Position numbers and translations under genes: made by a program | From: an uncultured delta proteobacterium | Lineage (GTDB): Bacteria > Myxococcota_A > Polyangia > Polyangiales > Polyangiaceae | Direction of reading: 5' to 3' | DNA: 64,000 bases | Assembly (NCBI GenBank): GCA_963841435.1 | Contig: CAWJCS010000006.1 | Span: forward strand, 64,001 to 128,000 | Part shown: positions 18,532 to 26,649 of the stretch, in pieces | Numbering within the stretch: position 1 is the stretch's first letter | Layout: the number at the start of each line of letters is the position of its first letter | The notes under the pieces: generated by a model | What the model saw: the letters and a program-made list of their open reading frames with translations, nothing else | Databases searched by the model: none | What the model was told of the DNA's origin: nothing

Positions 18532-20811
18532 ATGAAACGACTCTTCAGCGCGCTGGGGCTTTTCGTGCTCGCCGTCTTTGCGGGCAACCGCGCGGCCGCG
18601 GCGCCCTTTCCGTTCACGGTCGAGCTCGAGCTCGCGGGCAGCCCGAGCGCGATCCTCGGGCTCATGCGGGCGCATGGGGTGTCGGCCGACGCCCTGCGCG
18701 AGGCCCTCGCGTGGGACTACCTTTTCATCGTCGCCTACAGCCTTTTCATCGCGAATGCGGCGTCGGCCGTCGGGCGTCGGCTCGGGGAGAAGTGGGACGA
18801 CGCCGGGGCGGCCGTCGCCTTCGCCACGCTGCTTGCCGGGGCGCTCGACGCTCTCGAAAACACGCTGCTCTTGCACGCGCTCGAAGGGCGCTTCGGAGCA
18901 GCCGGTGCGGCCGTCGCGGCGGCGCTAAAGGTCGTGCTCTTGATCGGGGCCGTCGCGTACACGGTGGTGGGGCTCGCCGTGCTTTCGCGCCAGGCGCTCG
19001 GTCGTCGGCCCGAAGCTCCCTTGCCGCGGCCGGAGCCCCTCGCGGCCGATGCTCCGGCGCGCTCGCGCGAATGCAACGTCGTCATGAAGGGCGGGATCAC
19101 CAGCGGCATCGTGTACCCGCGCGCGGTGGCTCGGCTCGCGAAGGAGTACGACTTCGTCAACGTCGGCGGGTCCTCGGCGGGCGCCATCGCGGCGGCGGCC
19201 ACGGCCGCGGCCGCCTACGCGCGCAAGAACGGGCGCGACGCGTTCGCGGTCCTCGAAAAGCTGCCGGCTTATCTGGGCGAGAAGGGACGGCTGTTCGGGC
19301 TGTTCCGGCCGAACCCCAGCGTGCGCGCGCCTTTCGAAGTGTTCTCGACGTTTCTGGGCAAGGCGCCGGTGCCGTTCAAGCTCGCGCGCTCGCTCGCCGT
19401 TTCCGGGTGGCACTTCCCGTTCGCCGTGGCGCTCGGCCTCGCACCCGGGGTGCTGTTCGCGGTGGGTGCGTTCTCGACGCCGGCGCCCGCGTGGGGTGTG
19501 ACCGCGGCCGTGGCGCTCGGGCTCGTCGGCGCGCCGCTTTTCGCCGTTGCGGCTTTCGTGATCGCGCTCGTGCTCCGGCTACCGAAGAACGGCTACGGGA
19601 TGTGCAGCGGCAGGCTCGACGGCGAGACGGTGCTGAGCGACTGGCTCGGAGAGCTCATCGATCGCCTTGCGGGCGTCGAGGGCCGCCCCTTGATCTTCGC
19701 CGACCTCTGGACGGCCGGCGAGTCGTACGCGACGCTCGACGAGCGGCGCGAGGCGGCGCGCGGGCGCCCCGTGGGCAAGCGGAAGGTCAATTTCGAGGCG
19801 CTCACGACGAGCCTCGTTCACGGCCGCCCGTACCGCCTGCCGGAGACCGAGCGCACCTTCTATTTCCGCCCCGAGGATCTGCGCCGCGTGTTGCCAGACG
19901 CCGCCGTGACCTGGATGGAGCAACACCCCGGATCGTCGGACGACGAGGTTCCGCCTGGCTTCCTAGCGCTTCCCGCACCGCAGGATCTGCCCGTCGTCTT
20001 CGCGGCACGCCTCAGCCTCAGCTTTCCGCTGCTCATCAGCGCCGTGCGCCTCTGGGGCATCGATCGCCGCAATGCTCGAAATCGCGGAGGCCGCGGCGTC
20101 CGGCAGCTCGACGCGTGCTGGATGTCGGACGGCGGCATCGCCAGCAACTTTCCGATTCACTTCTTCGACGCCTGGGTGCCGGGCCGTCCGACCTTCGGCC
20201 TCGATCTCGCTCCTTTCCACGCCGACGACGACCGGGACCCCGACGAGGCGAAGAACGTCTTCTTGCCGACCAACAATCGTGCGGGGTTTCTCGAGAGCTG
20301 GCAGCGCTTCGACGGTTTGTTCGGATTCTTGGGGGCGCTCGTCAACGCCGCTCAGGCGTTCCTCGACAACATGCAGGCGCGAGCACCCGGCTTCCGCAAT
20401 CGGATCGCGCGCATCCACCTCGCGAAGGAGGAGGGCGGCATGAACCTCGCCATGCCGTCCGACGTGCTCGCCCGGCTCGGAAAGCGCGGCGAGGTGGCGG
20501 GCGAGAAGATCGTGGAGCGCTTCGTCGGCGAGAGCCCGTCCGGCTGGGAAAACCACCGCTGGGTGCGCCTCCGACTCTTGCTCGGACAGCTCGACCCGCT
20601 TTTGCGGCAGCTCGCCCGCGAGGTGCGGCGCGTGCCGCCCCCGGCGGACCCGCCGAGCTATGATTGGAACAACGCGACCCAGCGACACCTGGCGGGCGCC
20701 GTCATGGACCGGCTGACGGCGCTCGGCGACGAGATCGAGGCTTCAGCGGCGACGCTAGAAGACGGCGCACCCCGCCCGCGCACCGAGCTCAAGGGCGCGC
20801 CACGCGTGTGA
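18532..20811 (+). CDS. Membrane-anchored patatin-like phospholipase
   Basis: Oxyanion loop MKGGITSG, nucleophile GSSAG and catalytic SDGG. N-terminal multi-TM domain (DYLFIVAY...LDALEN) plus an internal TM hairpin. Confidence 0.88.
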   Translation: MKRLFSALGLFVLAVFAGNRAAAAPFPFTVELELAGSPSAILGLMRAHGVSADALREALAWDYLFIVAYSLFIANAASAVGRRLGEKWDDAGAAVAFATLLAGALDALENTLLLHALEGRFGAAGAAVAAALKVVLLIGAVAYTVVGLAVLSRQALGRRPEAPLPRPEPLAADAPARSRECNVVMKGGITSGIVYPRAVARLAKEYDFVNVGGSSAGAIAAAATAAAAYARKNGRDAFAVLEKLPAYLGEKGRLFGLFRPNPSVRAPFEVFSTFLGKAPVPFKLARSLAVSGWHFPFAVALGLAPGVLFAVGAFSTPAPAWGVTAAVALGLVGAPLFAVAAFVIALVLRLPKNGYGMCSGRLDGETVLSDWLGELIDRLAGVEGRPLIFADLWTAGESYATLDERREAARGRPVGKRKVNFEALTTSLVHGRPYRLPETERTFYFRPEDLRRVLPDAAVTWMEQHPGSSDDEVPPGFLALPAPQDLPVVFAARLSLSFPLLISAVRLWGIDRRNARNRGGRGVRQLDACWMSDGGIASNFPIHFFDAWVPGRPTFGLDLAPFHADDDRDPDEAKNVFLPTNNRAGFLESWQRFDGLFGFLGALVNAAQAFLDNMQARAPGFRNRIARIHLAKEEGGMNLAMPSDVLARLGKRGEVAGEKIVERFVGESPSGWENHRWVRLRLLLGQLDPLLRQLAREVRRVPPPADPPSYDWNNATQRHLAGAVMDRLTALGDEIEASAATLEDGAPRPRTELKGAPRV

Positions 20812-20865
20812 TCGTCAACGGCACCGCGCCGCCGGAGCCATGCGCCCCGGGCAAAGTGCCCCTCC

Positions 20866-21735
20866 TCAGTTCAGGCCGAGGCAGAGCTCTTCCGAGGCGA
20901 TGGAGCGGGGGCCGCAGATGCCCTCGGAGCAGCTCCCTTTCTGGCACTCGTCGTCCCCGACACACCCGGCACCTTCGGGCTTGCTCGCCGTGCAGCCCCC
21001 CTCACCTGTGTCGGGACAGTACGCTCCACTTTGGCAGTAGTAACCGGGGCAAGCCTCGCCGAGGGAGGGCGCCCGCTCGCAGGTGGCGCTGTCGAAGTTG
21101 CACACGAGGCCGTCCTCTACGTAACAGGTGCCCGGCGCGCCCGACCCTCCGACGGGCGTCACGCTGACGCACGAATCGCTGCTGCAAGTGCTGTCGCACG
21201 GATCGCCCAGGCTGCTCGCCGCTGCCCGCACATCGGCAGTGCATCGGCCGCCGGGCTCGGGGGTGTCGTAGAGGCATTGGGCACGCGCGCCTGCGATGTC
21301 GGCGCACTCGATGTCGTCCACGCAGCTCTGGCCCTCGCCGAGGGTGCCGCGTAGGGTGTGGCCGCAGCTCGCGGCGTAGTCGGCGGCGCTCTCGTTGCAG
21401 GAGCGCGCGATGACGCCGAAGTCTTCCACGCAGCGCCCGGCGGCATCGGCGTCCCAGATCGTGTTTTCGTGCGGGTCGTCCCAATCGAGCGAGCCCCGCA
21501 CGAACGCTTCACACCCCGTTCGATCGAGCGCGAAGCCTGCGCTCGCGCAGCAAGCGCCGATGTTGTCGCAAATCGCCGCCGCGGCGCGATCGGTGAAATC
21601 CGCCTGACTCACCGGCGTACCCGAGACGGAGTCGGAGTGGTCGTCGACGATGGACTTGCCGGCGCAGGCCCCCGTGAGCGCCGCGCACAGGGCGCCGAGC
21701 AGCAGAAGCACTCGCCGCCGCGAGACCCTGCGCAT
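20866..21735 (-). CDS. Cys-rich lipoprotein (myxobacterial disulfide-repeat type)
   Basis: MRRVSRRRVLLLLGALCAALTGAC signal and more than 25 Cys, with repeats such as EGQSCVDDIEC and EGAGCVGDDEC. Confidence 0.78.
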   Translation of the reverse strand: MRRVSRRRVLLLLGALCAALTGACAGKSIVDDHSDSVSGTPVSQADFTDRAAAAICDNIGACCASAGFALDRTGCEAFVRGSLDWDDPHENTIWDADAAGRCVEDFGVIARSCNESAADYAASCGHTLRGTLGEGQSCVDDIECADIAGARAQCLYDTPEPGGRCTADVRAAASSLGDPCDSTCSSDSCVSVTPVGGSGAPGTCYVEDGLVCNFDSATCERAPSLGEACPGYYCQSGAYCPDTGEGGCTASKPEGAGCVGDDECQKGSCSEGICGPRSIASEELCLGLN

Positions 21736-21912
21736 GACCTTGCTGGCTTCGGGTCGAACCGCCCCGATCGCGCCCTCCAGCTCGATCATCGAATCATCAT
21801 ACCAGGCGTCGCAGCCACGCGGGACCCGCGCGTTGGATGCGGGATCCAGCCGTGTTTCACTGCTTGCTCGCGCTCCTTGCCCGAACCGTCGGTCGGGAAC
21901 AGAATCCGCGGC

Positions 21913-23547
21913 ATGCGTGGTGTGGGTCTTTTCTTGGGAGTTCTGGGATTGTGTGGGATCGCCGTTTCGTGCGGCGGCAAGTCGGGGGGTGACGATGACA
22001 GTGCCGGGCAAGCGGGCGGAGCGGGCCGTGCGGGTGCCGGTGCGTCCGGAGCGTCGAGTGGCGGCGCGGCGGGCCGCGGTGGATCCGGCGGCAGCGGCGG
22101 GACTCGCGGGGGCTCCGGGGGCGAAGGCAATGCCGGCGCGGAGGCGGGGGCACCGTCGGCGGGCACGGGCAGCGGCGGAAGCGCCGGAGCCGGCGCGGGT
22201 GGTGGTGCGGGGACGGGAGGGATGGAGGGCGGTTCGGGCGGCGGCGCGACGGTGCCCACCGAGTACGCGACGCCCGGCATGGGCCAGGCGTGGCGGCTCG
22301 AGAGCGGCGACCCGCTGAACTCGACGCCGCCCGTGCTCGTTTCGCTCGACTCGGGCGTCGTCATTGCGGGCGCGTCGGCGGATCCGGCGACGGTGGGCGT
22401 CACCGCGTTCGACAGCGGCATCGAGTCGGAGGCGTTCGTGGCGCGCCTCGACGCGACGGGCATGCCGCTCTGGCAGCTGCCGTTGAAGCCCGCGGGCCTG
22501 CCCTGGGCGATGGCGCGCTCGGGCGACGACGTTGTGATCGTCGCGCCTTACCTGCCGGATCTGGCCACGGTGTCCACTTCCTACGTGTCCAAGGACATCT
22601 ACCTCGCGAAGGTCGGGATCGACGGCAACGTCCGGTACGAAAAGACCCTGACGTTCGACAACGACGACACCTTCACCTACGGTCTCGCCGTCGACGAAGC
22701 GGGCTCGATCTTCCTCGCGGGTGGCTATCAAGTCGTCGATCCCGTCACGGGGTTCGGCGAGCACCCCATCCTCGTGAAGGTCGACCCCGACGGCAACCTG
22801 GTCTGGCAAAAGACGTTCACCCACGCCGGCACGCAGGGGTACGCGAACGACGTTGCCGTGCTCGCGGACGGCGATCTCGTGATGACGGGCGACTTCGACC
22901 TCGATCTGTCGTTTGGCGGCGACACCGAAACCCTCACGAGCAGCGCCACTTTGATGGGGCTGCCGAGCGGCTTTCTCGCCCGCTTCACCAGCGACGGCGA
23001 GCCGGTGTGGAGCGCGGCCTTCGGCGGCGACGACTTCTCGGTCGGAACCGCACTTGCGCCGCTCGCCGACGGTGATTTCCTGCTGACGGGCGGGGCCGCG
23101 CTCGACCTCCACCTCGGCGGCAAGACCGTGCCGGGGGCGCCGTTCACGCCGAGCAGCAGCTCCTCGTTTCCCCCGACGGCCGCCTTCGTGGCGCGCCTCG
23201 ACGGTGACGGTGCGGCGCGCTGGGTGAACCTCGAGCTCGAGACGGACTTCGGACAGCTCGTCGCGTGCGACGATGGCGCCACCGTTTTCCTCGGCGGCAG
23301 CCTCGACGCCGAGATCCCGACGGACGGTGGCACCTATCTCCTCACCTACGACGCGGCGACGGGCGACCCCGTCCAGACCCTCCGCGCGAGTGGTGGCGCC
23401 GGCATCTCGAGTAGCGCGCTAGCCGTCGGCTCGGGCAAGATTTGGCTTTCTGGCAGGTTTACCTCGAGCGCCGACTTCGGTAACCAGAACTTACTCACCG
23501 ACACCGGGGCCGGGGTTTTCCTCGTCCGGCTCGACGCGAGCCCATAG
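21913..23547 (+). CDS. Lipoprotein with Gly-rich linker and beta-propeller (SBBP-like) repeats
   Basis: Lipobox AVSC. Repeats AFVARLDATG..LW, LVKVDPDGNLVW, FLARFTSDGEPVW and AFVARLDGDG..RW. Confidence 0.82.
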   Translation: MRGVGLFLGVLGLCGIAVSCGGKSGGDDDSAGQAGGAGRAGAGASGASSGGAAGRGGSGGSGGTRGGSGGEGNAGAEAGAPSAGTGSGGSAGAGAGGGAGTGGMEGGSGGGATVPTEYATPGMGQAWRLESGDPLNSTPPVLVSLDSGVVIAGASADPATVGVTAFDSGIESEAFVARLDATGMPLWQLPLKPAGLPWAMARSGDDVVIVAPYLPDLATVSTSYVSKDIYLAKVGIDGNVRYEKTLTFDNDDTFTYGLAVDEAGSIFLAGGYQVVDPVTGFGEHPILVKVDPDGNLVWQKTFTHAGTQGYANDVAVLADGDLVMTGDFDLDLSFGGDTETLTSSATLMGLPSGFLARFTSDGEPVWSAAFGGDDFSVGTALAPLADGDFLLTGGAALDLHLGGKTVPGAPFTPSSSSSFPPTAAFVARLDGDGAARWVNLELETDFGQLVACDDGATVFLGGSLDAEIPTDGGTYLLTYDAATGDPVQTLRASGGAGISSSALAVGSGKIWLSGRFTSSADFGNQNLLTDTGAGVFLVRLDASP

Positions 23548-23576
23548 GTGACTTCGCGCGTTCAGGACGAAAGACC

Positions 23577-24269
23577 ATGATGGAGATTCGACGCGCCGAC
23601 CAACGAGGGCGAACCGATGCCGGCTGGCTCGATTCACGCCATTCGTTTTCGTTCGCAGATTATTACGATCCCGCTCACATGGGCTTTCGCAACCTGCGCG
23701 TGATCAACGAGGATCGCGTCGCAGCGGGCGCGGGCTTTCCCACCCACGGCCATCGCGACATGGAGATCGTTTCTTACGTCCTCGAGGGCGCGCTTTCGCA
23801 CCGCGATTCGCTCGGCACGGGCGCCGTGATCCGCCCGGGCGAGGTGCAGCGCATGAGCGCCGGCACGGGCGTCCAGCATAGCGAGTTCAATGCCTCACGG
23901 ACCGAGCCCGTGCACTTCCTCCAGATCTGGCTGTTGCCGGCGCGGCGCGGTCTCGAGCCGGGCTACGAGCAGAAGCACTTCGAAGAGGCCTTGGGGCGCC
24001 TTCGCGTGCTCGCGTCACCGGACGGACGCGAGGGCAGCGTCGTCGTCAACACGGATGCCGTGCTGCGCGGAGGTACGTTCGAGGCGGGGCAGGCCGCCGA
24101 GCTCGAGATCCCGAGTGGGCGGGGCGTGTGGGTGCAGGTCGCGCGCGGTCGCGTGCGCGTCAACGGTGCCGATCTCGAAGCCGGCGACGGAGCCGCGCTC
24201 TCGACGGAGCCGCTCTTGCGCCTCGAGGGCAGCGAGCGAGGCGAGGTGCTCGTGTTCGAGCTACCCTGA
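23577..24269 (+). CDS. Pirin family protein (YhhW-like)
   Basis: WLDSRHSFSFADYYDP, LRVINED, GFPTHGHRDMEI, MSAGTGVQHSE and FLQIW. Confidence 0.97.
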   Translation: MMEIRRADQRGRTDAGWLDSRHSFSFADYYDPAHMGFRNLRVINEDRVAAGAGFPTHGHRDMEIVSYVLEGALSHRDSLGTGAVIRPGEVQRMSAGTGVQHSEFNASRTEPVHFLQIWLLPARRGLEPGYEQKHFEEALGRLRVLASPDGREGSVVVNTDAVLRGGTFEAGQAAELEIPSGRGVWVQVARGRVRVNGADLEAGDGAALSTEPLLRLEGSERGEVLVFELP

Positions 24270-24578
24270 CGGCGCGAGGGCCGGTCGAGCCTCGGGGGTC
24301 GTGCCGCGGCAGAGAAAGCGCACCGGGCGAGGCCGCTCGGGCTCGTAGGTGAGCAGCCAGTGCCTGAGGAGGCTCTTCGCTTCGGCGTCCGATACGCCGA
24401 GCCGCTCACTGAGGAAAGCGACGAAATCGTAGCGGGTCGCTGGCGAGTCGGAGCTCGCGTCCGTCCGGACGCTCTCGGTGGGCGTCTCCTCGAGGGCTCG
24501 CCGCCGCGAGTCGGGCTCGGGAGGGCGCTTTCCACGAGAGCTGTACGGTGTGGTCTCTTGGGATGCGTGCATCATCAC
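24261..24578 (-). CDS. Small hypothetical protein (about 105 aa)
   Basis: GGAGG RBS and a sigma54-like motif upstream. Amphipathic segment DFVAFLSERLGVSDAEAKSLLRHWL. Confidence 0.6.
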   Translation of the reverse strand: MMMHASQETTPYSSRGKRPPEPDSRRRALEETPTESVRTDASSDSPATRYDFVAFLSERLGVSDAEAKSLLRHWLLTYEPERPRPVRFLCRGTTPEARPALAPSG

Positions 24579-24602
24579 GACGAGCCTCCGTGCGACCGAT
24601 AT

Positions 24603-24618
24603 TGCGAAACGCGTGCCA
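24603..24618 (-). promoter_or_regulatory. Sigma54 (-24/-12) promoter candidate
   Basis: The minus strand reads TGGCACGCGTTTCGCA, giving GG-N10-GC with a perfect TGGCACG. Confidence 0.7.
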
Positions 24619-24885
24619 TCGCTCTTGACGCCCCGAGCACTGGCTTTCCGCCATTTTTCGCCTAGTACCCTGCGGCAGACTGTCGCGCCCGGGCAAGCGG
24701 TGGGGCATGGCTGTCACACCGCCGGTGCTTCGGCTGGGGGCTGGGGCACCCCTCTCGGCGTACTCCCAAAAGCAGCGAGCCGGAGCGGCTTTTGCCGTCC
24801 GGCTCGTTGCGATTCCGTTCGTTGGGTCGTTCGTTTCGTTTCTCGGTGTTATGGCCGTGTGTCGGCGGCGGGGGTGTCAGAGCGC

Positions 24886-25800
24886 TCAGCGGCGGGCGAC
24901 GGCGTCTTGCTTGGCGGCAGCCTTGGCGTTGCGGACGAGGCGGTCCACGTCGCGACGGAACTGGGCCTCGTCGACCTGCATGCCGTTGAGCATCGTGCTC
25001 ATGTCGCGGGTGAACGAGGCGAGCCCGATGGCTTCGCTGATTTCCGCTTCGGTCGCGCCGTTCAACTTGGCAAACTCAGTATGGGCGATGATGCAGAACT
25101 TGCAGGGAACCTGCGCTGCCACGCCGAGGCCGATGAGCTCCTTGGTCTTGCCGTCGAGGGCCGTCTTCGGGTTTAGCTGCACGTCGCGCATTTGCTTCCA
25201 GGCGCCGGCACGACCCGCCGCGGGGAAACGGGCCAGAAACTCGGGAGCGAAGCCGAACAGCGTCGAAATCTCGCGCAGGGCCGAGGCGCCGTCCACGACG
25301 TTCACGGGGGCCGGTGCCGTACGCTTCGCGGACGCGGCCTGTTTGGCGTTCGCGACGAGCCGGGCGATCTCGGCGCGGAAGCGCGTCTCGTCCGTCTGAA
25401 TGCCGTTCAAGAACGTGCTGAACTGCCGGGTGATGGCGGCCATGGCGACGGCCTCGCCGACCTGCGCGTCGCTGGCGCCGTTGAGCTTGGCGAACTCGGT
25501 GTGGGCGACGATGCAGTAGCGGCAGGGGACCTGCGCTGCCACGCCGAGGCCGATGAGCTCCTTGGTCTTGCCGTCGAGCGCCGTGTTCGGGTTCAGCTGA
25601 AGGCCCTTCATTTCCTCCCAGGCGCCCGGCAACATGCCGTCCGGGAGCTTGGTGAAGAACTGCGGAACGAAGCCGAGCGTCTTCTGGATGTCGGCCTTGG
25701 TGGCCGCGTTGGCCATGGGGTCGGCGGCGGCCGTTGACGCGAAGCCGACGAGAGCGAGGAGCGTTGCAAGCAAGGTCGTGATGATTCGTGAGGGGGTCAT
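24886..25800 (-). CDS. Secreted tandem carboxymuconolactone-decarboxylase/AhpD-like peroxidase-related protein
   Basis: Signal MTPSRII...AAA. Two domains, each with KTKELIGLGVAAQVPCxxCIxAH. The start overlaps the OsmC stop (ATGA). Confidence 0.9.
   Translation of the reverse strand: MTPSRIITTLLATLLALVGFASTAAADPMANAATKADIQKTLGFVPQFFTKLPDGMLPGAWEEMKGLQLNPNTALDGKTKELIGLGVAAQVPCRYCIVAHTEFAKLNGASDAQVGEAVAMAAITRQFSTFLNGIQTDETRFRAEIARLVANAKQAASAKRTAPAPVNVVDGASALREISTLFGFAPEFLARFPAAGRAGAWKQMRDVQLNPKTALDGKTKELIGLGVAAQVPCKFCIIAHTEFAKLNGATEAEISEAIGLASFTRDMSTMLNGMQVDEAQFRRDVDRLVRNAKAAAKQDAVARR
25109..25578. repeat. Identical 50-bp intragenic direct repeat (25109-25158 and 25529-25578)
   Basis: ACCTGCGCTGCCACGCCGAGGCCGATGAGCTCCTTGGTCTTGCCGTCGAG occurs twice, 420 bp apart. 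Confidence 0.9.
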
Positions 25801-26357
25801 GATGCTTCCTTGGTGATCGTGAGCGTGGTTGAGAGAGGAGGGGAGTCGACGTTGATGATGGTGAGGGTCTGGACGCGCTCGATGGCGGGCGAGAGGTTTT
25901 GCAGCATCGGGCTCAGGCGATCGGCGTGCTCGACGACGCGTCGTACGTCGGCGACGGGTGCATTCGAGACGAGGCGCACCTCGAAGAGCAGGCGTTGCCA
26001 GCCGGGCGGCACGTCTTCGGCGAGGCCGAGCTGACCGCGCACGTCGAACTCGCACGTGACGTCAACCTCGACGGCGAGCAGATCCACCCCGAGCCGCGCT
26101 GCCCAGCTGCGGTAGCCCATGGTGAGGCAGGCGCCGATGGCCGCGCGCATCAGATCACCGGGCGTCGGCGCCGTGTCAGCGCCGCCTTCCTCCGCCGGCA
26201 GGTCCGCGCGGATGACGCGGCCGCCGCGACGCACGTCGCAGGCGAGGTCCCCGACGAGCTCTGCGCTCGCCTTGATGCTCGCCTTGCCGAGCCAGGGGTG
26301 TCCGCGGAGGGCGCGCGTCTTCTGCTCGAAGAGGTCGCGCAACAGTGAGTCGGTCAC
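25797..26357 (-). CDS. OsmC/Ohr family protein
   Basis: DLPAEEGGADTAPTPGDLMRAAIGACL, FDVRGQLG and ADRLSPM. The GTG start overlaps the upstream stop. Confidence 0.9.
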   Translation of the reverse strand: MTDSLLRDLFEQKTRALRGHPWLGKASIKASAELVGDLACDVRRGGRVIRADLPAEEGGADTAPTPGDLMRAAIGACLTMGYRSWAARLGVDLLAVEVDVTCEFDVRGQLGLAEDVPPGWQRLLFEVRLVSNAPVADVRRVVEHADRLSPMLQNLSPAIERVQTLTIINVDSPPLSTTLTITKEAS

Positions 26358-26590
26358 GGCGCCTCCGTCTGGGCGACGAGCTCACCGCCGCACGACGGGG
26401 CGCTCTCGACGAGCGCGGGCTCGGGGGCGCGCTCGCGGGCGGGAGCGGGTGCCGGCGCGACGGCGTCGAGACAGGCGGTGGCGGCAGCGGGCGCCGTGCG
26501 AGCGGCGGGGTGGCCGGAGCTGAAAAGCGCCAGGCCGAGCAGGATGGTGGTGACGAGCGTGGCGGCGAGCGCTGGAATCTTTCGGGTCAT
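26354..26590 (-). CDS. Small exported/membrane peptide (78 aa, two Cys)
   Basis: GGAGG RBS before ATG 26590, hydrophobic N-terminus, and stop coupled to the OsmC start (GTGA). Confidence 0.6.
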   Translation of the reverse strand: MTRKIPALAATLVTTILLGLALFSSGHPAARTAPAAATACLDAVAPAPAPARERAPEPALVESAPSCGGELVAQTEAP

Positions 26591-26649
26591 CGTGGCCTCC
26601 AATCGGGGAGGCGTGACCTCGGTCGGAACGTTCGTTCCCCGGCGCGGAA

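Noticed and set aside
20866-23547. Apparent long overlap of ORFs 20866..23112 (-) and 21358..23547 (+)
   Set aside because: The true starts at the signal peptides (21735 and 21913) make them ordinary divergent genes.
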